DNA of 32,000 nucleotides from Mycobacterium tuberculosis H37Rv (GTDB lineage Bacteria; Actinomycetota; Actinomycetes; Mycobacteriales; Mycobacteriaceae): NCBI RefSeq assembly GCF_000195955.2, contig NC_000962.3, positions 2,790,001 to 2,822,000 of the forward strand, read 5' to 3'. Shown piece by piece: positions 23,731 to 32,000 of this stretch (position 1 is its first letter; each line of letters starts with the position of its first letter). The notes under the pieces were generated by a model. It saw only the letters and a program-made list of their open reading frames with translations, ran no database searches and was not told where the DNA came from. The position numbers and the translations under genes were made by a program.

Positions 23731-24911
23731 TGCAGTCCCAACGATCGCGCGATAAGCATCAGCTGCACTTCCGTGGTGCCCTCACCAATCTCGAGCACCT
23801 TGCTGTCGCGGTAATGACGCGCCACCGGATATTCGTTCATAAAGCCGTATCCGCCGTGTATCTGGGTGGCATCGCGGGAGTTGTCCATCGCCGCCTCCGA
23901 GGAGATCATCTTCGCGATCGCCGCCTCCTTCTTGAAGGGCTTGCCCGCCAACATCTTTGCGGCGGCATCATAGTACGCTGTGCGGGCAACATGGGCGCGT
24001 GCCTCCATCCGCGCGATCTTGAAGCCGATCGCCTGATAAGCGCCGATCGGCTGGCCAAACGACTGACGCTGGTTGGCGTACTTGACGCTCTCGTCAACAC
24101 AGCCCTGCGCCGCGCCGGTGGCCAGCGCTGCAATCGCAATCCGGCCCTCGTCCAGGATGGACAAGAAGTTGGCATAGCCGCTCCCCCGGGCTCCCAGCAG
24201 GTTCTCCCTCGGGACCCGCGCATCGGCAAATGTCAGTGGGTGGGTGTCCGAGGCGTTCCAGCCGACCTTGTTATAGACCGGTTCCACGGTGAATCCCGGT
24301 GTGCCGCTGGGCACGATGATCGTCGAAATCTCTTTCTTGGCATCCGCAGCGGTTCCGGTGGTCCCGGTAACCGCAGTGACGGTGACCAGCGATGTGATGT
24401 CGGTGCCCGAGTTGGTGATAAATTGCTTGGAGCCGTTGATGATCCACTCGTCACCTTCGAGACGCGCCGTGGTGCGGGTGCTGCCCGCGTCCGATCCCGC
24501 TCCCGGCTCGGTGAGACCAAAACCGGCGAGCGCACGGCCAGACGTCAAGTCGGGCAACCACTTCTGTTTCTGCTCCTCGGTACCGAACCGGTAGATCGGC
24601 ATCGCACCCAGGCCCACCGCGGCCTCCAGCGTGATCGCTACCGATTGGTCAACCTTGCCCAGCTCCTCAAGTACCAGCGACAGCGCGAAGTAGTCGCCGC
24701 CCATGCCGCCGTACTCCTCCGGAAACGGCAGCCCGAACAGGCCCATCTCTCCCATCTTGGCGACAATTTCGTATGGGAAGCTGTGTTCCGCATCGTGTTT
24801 GGCCGATACCGGCGCGACCACGGTGCGCGCAAAATCGGCCACCGTATCCCGAAGATCTTGGTATTCCTTGGGTAATATCCCCCCAGAAATCGTTGTAGTC
24901 GTTGTGGTCAT
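23727..24911 (-). CDS. fadE19: Acyl-CoA dehydrogenase (isovaleryl-CoA dehydrogenase-like by context)
   Basis: ORF 23727..24911 (394 codons). ACAD motifs [49 protein letters not shown]. Confidence 0.92.
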
Positions 24912-24915
24912 GATC

Positions 24916-26880
24916 CTAGTCCTTGATCCTCGCCAGTACCTGTTCGACTTTCACCTGATCGCCAACGGACACCAACACCTGTACCCGTCCCGAAACCGGC
25001 GCCTCCAGCGAGTGCTCCATCTTCATCGCTTCCACCACCACCACCACATCACCCGCAGAGATCTGGGAGCCGGACTCGACCTGCACGGCGATCACGCTGC
25101 CAGGCATAGGGCTGACGACCTCCGCCGGCCGCGCACCCACGGCGCGGTGAATCTTGTGCTCCTCGGCCTCGCGCAGGTGCCAAGTCCCGCGCTCGTCGGC
25201 GATCCACAGGTGCCGGTCAGCCTCTGCCCACCGATAATCCCGGCGCAGCCCGCTTATCGTCACGCTCATCTGTTCTCGGGTGACCTGCACGCTCGCACAA
25301 TCGATCTCACCATCGCCAACCTGAACCTGCGCCGACTCGGGTGGCCCCCACACCGAAACGGTCTCGCTGCGCAGCGGGGTGCGCATGGCGGTGCGGACCG
25401 GTGCCATATGGCCCCCGCCGCGCCATCCGGACGGCGCGGCCCACAGGTCGCCCTGTGCGCGCCGGGCCAGGGCCCACTGGCGGTAGAGGCCGCCGGCAGC
25501 TAGCACGTCGTCAGGCGCCGGCCGCGCAGTGAAATCGGCCGATCGCTCGTCCAGTACAGCGGTGTCCAAATCCCCGACCCGCACCCGCTCGTCGGCGAGC
25601 AGAAAGCGAAGGAACTCGACATTGGTCTGCACTCCCAGCACCGCAGTCCGCGCCAGCGCCTGGTCCAGCCGATCCAGCGCTTCCTCGCGATCGGCCCCGT
25701 GCGCAATCACCTTGGTGAGCAACGGGTCGTAATCACTGCCGACCACCGTGCCGCCTAGCAGTGACGAATCCACCCGCACCCCGGGGCCGGCGGGTTCGAA
25801 CACCGCCAGCACCCGGCCGCCGGTGGGCAGGAATTCCCGCGCGGGATCCTCCGCATACACCCGAGCCTCGATCGCGTGCCCACGCAGCTCGATGTCGTTT
25901 TGGGCGAAGCCCAACTTTTCGCCCGCACCCACCCGCAACTGCCACTCGACCAGGTCCAATCCAGTAATCGCCTCGGTGACCGGGTGTTCCACCTGCAGCC
26001 GGGTATTCATCTCCATGAAAAAGAACTCGTCGGGGCGCTGCGCGGAGACGATGAACTCCACCGTGCCGGCGCCGACGTAGTCCACGCAGCGGGCGGTGTT
26101 GCAGGCCGCGACCCCGATGCGCTCGCGGGTCTGCGGGTCAAGCAGTGGCGACGGCGCCTCCTCGATAACCTTCTGGTGGCGCCGCTGGAGGCTGCACTCA
26201 CGCTCACCCAGATGCACCACGTTGCCGTGAGCGTCGGCAAGCACCTGCACTTCGATGTGCCTGGGCCGCAACACAAACCGCTCCAGGAATAGCGTATCGT
26301 CCCCGAACGAAGACATGGCTTCGCGCCGGGCACTCACCAGCGCCTCAGGCAGCCGCGCCGGATCTTGCACTAACCGCATCCCTTTGCCGCCGCCGCCGGC
26401 CGACGGTTTGATCAGCACCGGATAGCCCACCTCAGCGGCAGCGGTGACCAGCGCGTCGTCCGTCAGCCCGGCGCGCGCCACACCGGGCACCACCGGAACA
26501 TCGAAAGCGGCGACCGCGTTCTTGGCGGCGATCTTGTCGCCCATCACCTCGATCGCGCGCGCCGGCGGACCCAGGAACACCACCCGGGCGCGTTCACACG
26601 CCGCAGCGAAATCGGCATTCTCGGCAAGAAACCCGTAGCCCGGATGGATCGCCTGGGCTCCGGTGCGCGCCGCAGCATCGAGCACCTTGCCGATATCGAG
26701 GTAGCTTTCGCGTGCTGGGGCGGGCCCCAGCCGCACCGCAGCGTCCGCCTCCAAGACGTGGCGGGCATCGACGTCGGGGTCGCTGTAGACCGCGACCGAC
26801 CGGATGCCTAGCCGGCGCAGCGTCCGAATCACCCGAACCGCGATCTCACCGCGGTTGGCCACTAGTACGGTGTCAAACAT
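24916..26880 (-). CDS. accA1: Biotin carboxylase + biotin carboxyl carrier subunit of an acyl-CoA carboxylase (3-methylcrotonyl-CoA carboxylase alpha)
   Basis: ORF 24916..26958. ATG 26880 ([20 protein letters not shown], 654 codons). ATP-grasp [32 protein letters not shown]-terminal biotinylation motif VEAMKMEH. Confidence 0.92.
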   Translation of the reverse strand: MFDTVLVANRGEIAVRVIRTLRRLGIRSVAVYSDPDVDARHVLEADAAVRLGPAPARESYLDIGKVLDAAARTGAQAIHPGYGFLAENADFAAACERARVVFLGPPARAIEVMGDKIAAKNAVAAFDVPVVPGVARAGLTDDALVTAAAEVGYPVLIKPSAGGGGKGMRLVQDPARLPEALVSARREAMSSFGDDTLFLERFVLRPRHIEVQVLADAHGNVVHLGERECSLQRRHQKVIEEAPSPLLDPQTRERIGVAACNTARCVDYVGAGTVEFIVSAQRPDEFFFMEMNTRLQVEHPVTEAITGLDLVEWQLRVGAGEKLGFAQNDIELRGHAIEARVYAEDPAREFLPTGGRVLAVFEPAGPGVRVDSSLLGGTVVGSDYDPLLTKVIAHGADREEALDRLDQALARTAVLGVQTNVEFLRFLLADERVRVGDLDTAVLDERSADFTARPAPDDVLAAGGLYRQWALARRAQGDLWAAPSGWRGGGHMAPVRTAMRTPLRSETVSVWGPPESAQVQVGDGEIDCASVQVTREQMSVTISGLRRDYRWAEADRHLWIADERGTWHLREAEEHKIHRAVGARPAEVVSPMPGSVIAVQVESGSQISAGDVVVVVEAMKMEHSLEAPVSGRVQVLVSVGDQVKVEQVLARIKD

Positions 26881-26884
26881 CGCC

Positions 26885-29870
<2,986 letters not shown>

Positions 29871-29891
29871 ACCGCAGAGCCTCCTAGCATT

Positions 29892-29913
29892 TCAGTTAAT
29901 TATCATTAACTGA
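29892..29913. promoter_or_regulatory. Perfect 9-bp inverted repeat (TCAGTTAAT-TATC-ATTAACTGA): candidate TetR (BkaR) operator overlapping a -10 box for scoA
   Basis: Read directly at 29892-29913. On the minus strand the spacer and right arm spell GATAAT (29904-29899), 28 nt upstream of the scoA ATG. A related site occurs at 31658-31677. Confidence 0.6.
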
Positions 29914-29952
29914 GGTGAGAATACCATTGCCCCCGCGGTGCGTCTAGGGACC

Positions 29953-31596
29953 TCACTGTTGGCCGCGGAGGTATTCGAGCGCCTGTTGTCGCATCTCCAC
30001 TTTGCGTACTTTGCCGGTGACGGTCATCGGGAACTCGTCGACGATCCACAGGTACCGCGGGATCTTGAATCGCGCGATGCGGCCCATGCAGTACTCGCGC
30101 AGCCGCTCGATGGTCAGTTCCGGCGCGTCGTTTCTCAGCTTGACCACCGCCATGAGCTCTTCGCCGTATTTGGCGTCGGGCACCCCGATGACGTGACCGT
30201 CGACAATATCGGGATGCGTGTGGAGGAGTTCCTCGATCTCCCGCGGCGAGATGTTCTCGCCGCCCCGGACGACGAGGTCTTTGATCCGGCCGGCGATCCG
30301 CACGTACCCGGACGGGTCCATCTCAGCCAGATCTCCGGTGTGCATCCAGCCGTCGGCGTCGATCACCTCCGCAGTCTTCTGCGGGTCATTCCAGTACCCG
30401 GCCATCACCGAATAGCCTCGCGTGCAGAACTCGCCGACCACCCCGCGCGGGACCGTCTCGCCCGTGGCCGGATCCACCACCTTGATCTCAAGGTGTGGAC
30501 CCACCCGACCGACCGTGCCGACCCGTCGATCCACCGAGTCGTCGGCGCGCGTCTGCGTGGAAACCGGTGACGTTTCGGTCATTCCATAGCAGATCGAGAC
30601 CCCGGGCATATGCATGCGTGAGATCACCTTGCGCATCACCTCGACCGGGCACGCGGCGCCGGCCATAATCCCGGTGCGCAGACTGCCCAGTTCGTAGTCG
30701 GTGAAGTCCGGCAGGCCCAGCTCGGCGATGAACATCGTCGGCACGCCGTACAAGCTGGTGCATCGCTCGTCCTGCACCGCGCGCAGCGTGGCCGCAGGGT
30801 CAAAGCCCGGCGCCGGGATCACCATGGCCGCCCCGTGACTGGTGGCCGCCAGATTTCCCATTACCATGCCGAAGCAGTGGTAGAAGGGCACCGGGATGCA
30901 AATCCGATCTTGTGCGGTGTACCCGAGCAGCTCGCCCACCAGGTAGCCGTTGTTGAGGATATTGCGGTGGCTTAGCGTGACACCCTTCGGGTATGCCGTT
31001 GTGCCGGAGGTGTATTGGATGTTTACCGGATCACTGCCGTCTAGCCTCGCCGCGGTCTGCTGCAGCGCAGGCAGATCGGGCTCGGCACCCGCCAGCGCGT
31101 CCCAGCGATCGCTTTCCAGCAAAATCACGTCGGCCAGATCGGGGCATCGCGGCCCAACCTCGGCCAGCATCGCGGCATAGTCCGCATCCTTGAAACTCGC
31201 TACGGCAATCACCATCGCGACACCGGACTGCCTAAGCGCATACTCCACTTCGCGGACCCGATAGGCGGGGTTTATGGTCACTAGGATCGCGCCGATCTCA
31301 GCGGTCGCGTACTGGACGAGCACCCACTCCCACCGGTTCGGCGCCCAGATGCCGACCCGATCGCCCGGGCCGATCCCCGCCCGCACCAGCCCCGTCGCCA
31401 GCCGGTGCACGTCAGTCAGCAGTTCGCTGTAATTGAACCGTCGCCGGGCCACCATGTCCACGAGTGCTTCCCGATGTCCGTACCTGGCAGCGGTCGCTGC
31501 GAGGTTGGCGCCGATGGTCGACTCGAGCAATGATGGCGCACTCGGACCGCGATCATAGGAAAGCCGATTGGGGTCTACGACTTCCGCGGCTGCCAC
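29953..31596 (-). CDS. fadD35: Acyl-CoA synthetase / AMP-dependent ligase
   Basis: ORF 29953..31596 (547 codons, GTG start preceded by GGAGGA). Adenylate-forming motifs [37 protein letters not shown]. Confidence 0.92.
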   Translation of the reverse strand: MAAAEVVDPNRLSYDRGPSAPSLLESTIGANLAATAARYGHREALVDMVARRRFNYSELLTDVHRLATGLVRAGIGPGDRVGIWAPNRWEWVLVQYATAEIGAILVTINPAYRVREVEYALRQSGVAMVIAVASFKDADYAAMLAEVGPRCPDLADVILLESDRWDALAGAEPDLPALQQTAARLDGSDPVNIQYTSGTTAYPKGVTLSHRNILNNGYLVGELLGYTAQDRICIPVPFYHCFGMVMGNLAATSHGAAMVIPAPGFDPAATLRAVQDERCTSLYGVPTMFIAELGLPDFTDYELGSLRTGIMAGAACPVEVMRKVISRMHMPGVSICYGMTETSPVSTQTRADDSVDRRVGTVGRVGPHLEIKVVDPATGETVPRGVVGEFCTRGYSVMAGYWNDPQKTAEVIDADGWMHTGDLAEMDPSGYVRIAGRIKDLVVRGGENISPREIEELLHTHPDIVDGHVIGVPDAKYGEELMAVVKLRNDAPELTIERLREYCMGRIARFKIPRYLWIVDEFPMTVTGKVRKVEMRQQALEYLRGQQ

Positions 31597-31657
31597 GGTT
31601 CCTCCGCCTGGTGCCTACCGCATGTCTGACTCGCGTTAACATCGAATAGCTCGTGCT

Positions 31658-31677
31658 ACGTTAGTGACGATTAACCG
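31658..31677. promoter_or_regulatory. Second, imperfect copy of the GTTAnT-N4-ATTAAC palindrome in the fadD35 / TetR divergent spacer
   Basis: ACGTTAGT-GACG-ATTAACCG at 31658-31677 vs CAGTTAAT-TATC-ATTAACTG at 29893-29912. The core GTTA.T / ATTAAC is conserved with the same 4-nt spacer. On the minus strand TAACGT (a TANNNT-type -10) lies within it. Confidence 0.5.
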
Positions 31678-31711
31678 AAGTGTCCAGCATGAGTCGTGTA
31701 CGGAGACCGTC

Positions 31712-32000
31712 GTGACAGCGTCCGCCCCGGACGGTCGGCCCGGCCAGCCCGAGGCCACAAATCGTCGCAGTCAGCTGAAGTCCGACCGACGATTCCAACT
31801 CTTGGCAGCCGCCGAACGATTGTTTGCCGAACGAGGATTCCTGGCGGTGCGACTGGAGGACATCGGCGCCGCCGCGGGCGTCAGCGGTCCGGCCATCTAC
31901 CGACACTTCCCCAACAAAGAGTCGCTGCTGGTGGAATTGCTGGTCGGCGTCAGTGCGCGACTTCTTGCCGGCGCACGCGATGTGACGACCCGCAGCGCTA
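31712..32000 (+). CDS. bkaR: TetR-family transcriptional repressor, N-terminal 96 codons (continues past window end)
   Basis: Not in the ORF track (no stop in window). Hand translation from GTG 31712: VTASAPDGRPGQPEATNRRSQLKSDRRFQLLAAAERLFAERGFLAVRLEDIGAAAGVSGPAIYRHFPNKESLLVELL, a TetR HTH. An alternative in-frame GTG at 31664 lies inside the palindrome. In-frame stop at 31637. Rv2506 by memory. Confidence 0.8.
   Translation, partial: MTASAPDGRPGQPEATNRRSQLKSDRRFQLLAAAERLFAERGFLAVRLEDIGAAAGVSGPAIYRHFPNKESLLVELLVGVSARLLAGARDVTTRSA

Overview
High-GC actinobacterial chromosome. From gene content and order I recognise it, from memory and without a search, as Mycobacterium tuberculosis complex, equivalent to H37Rv Rv2483c-Rv2506. 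Layout: (1) 1-5.1 kb holds minus-strand lipid genes (plsC partial, a WS/DGAT acyltransferase, lipQ), a tRNA-Arg(UCU) and echA14. (2) 5.3-16.6 kb holds two giant PE_PGRS genes (694 and 1660 codons). Each is preceded on the same strand by a cyclase/STAND-ATPase/TPR/LuxR regulator locus. That locus is intact upstream of PE_PGRS42 and is reduced to a ~0.2 kb in-frame, internally deleted remnant upstream of PE_PGRS43, so this is a segmental duplication. (3) 16.6-18.8 kb is a short plus-strand island: a conspicuously low-GC pair of overlapping genes (LOG/SLOG-like Rossmann protein plus thymidylate-synthase-fold protein) followed by vapBC38. (4) 18.8-31.6 kb is an 11-gene minus-strand leucine/branched-chain keto-acid (and itaconate) catabolic supercluster (bkdABC, citE, MaoC hydratase, fadE19, accA1/accD1, scoAB, fadD35). 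It has a divergent TetR gene (bkaR) and two copies of a GTTAnT-N4-ATTAAC palindrome. The best candidate for an undescribed system is the LOG-like/TS-fold cassette at 16.6-18.0 kb. It resembles the hydroxymethylase-plus-N-glycosidase logic of modified-pyrimidine pathways, looks horizontally acquired and sits beside a toxin-antitoxin module. All motif alignments, GC counts and repeat offsets were done by hand and need computational confirmation.
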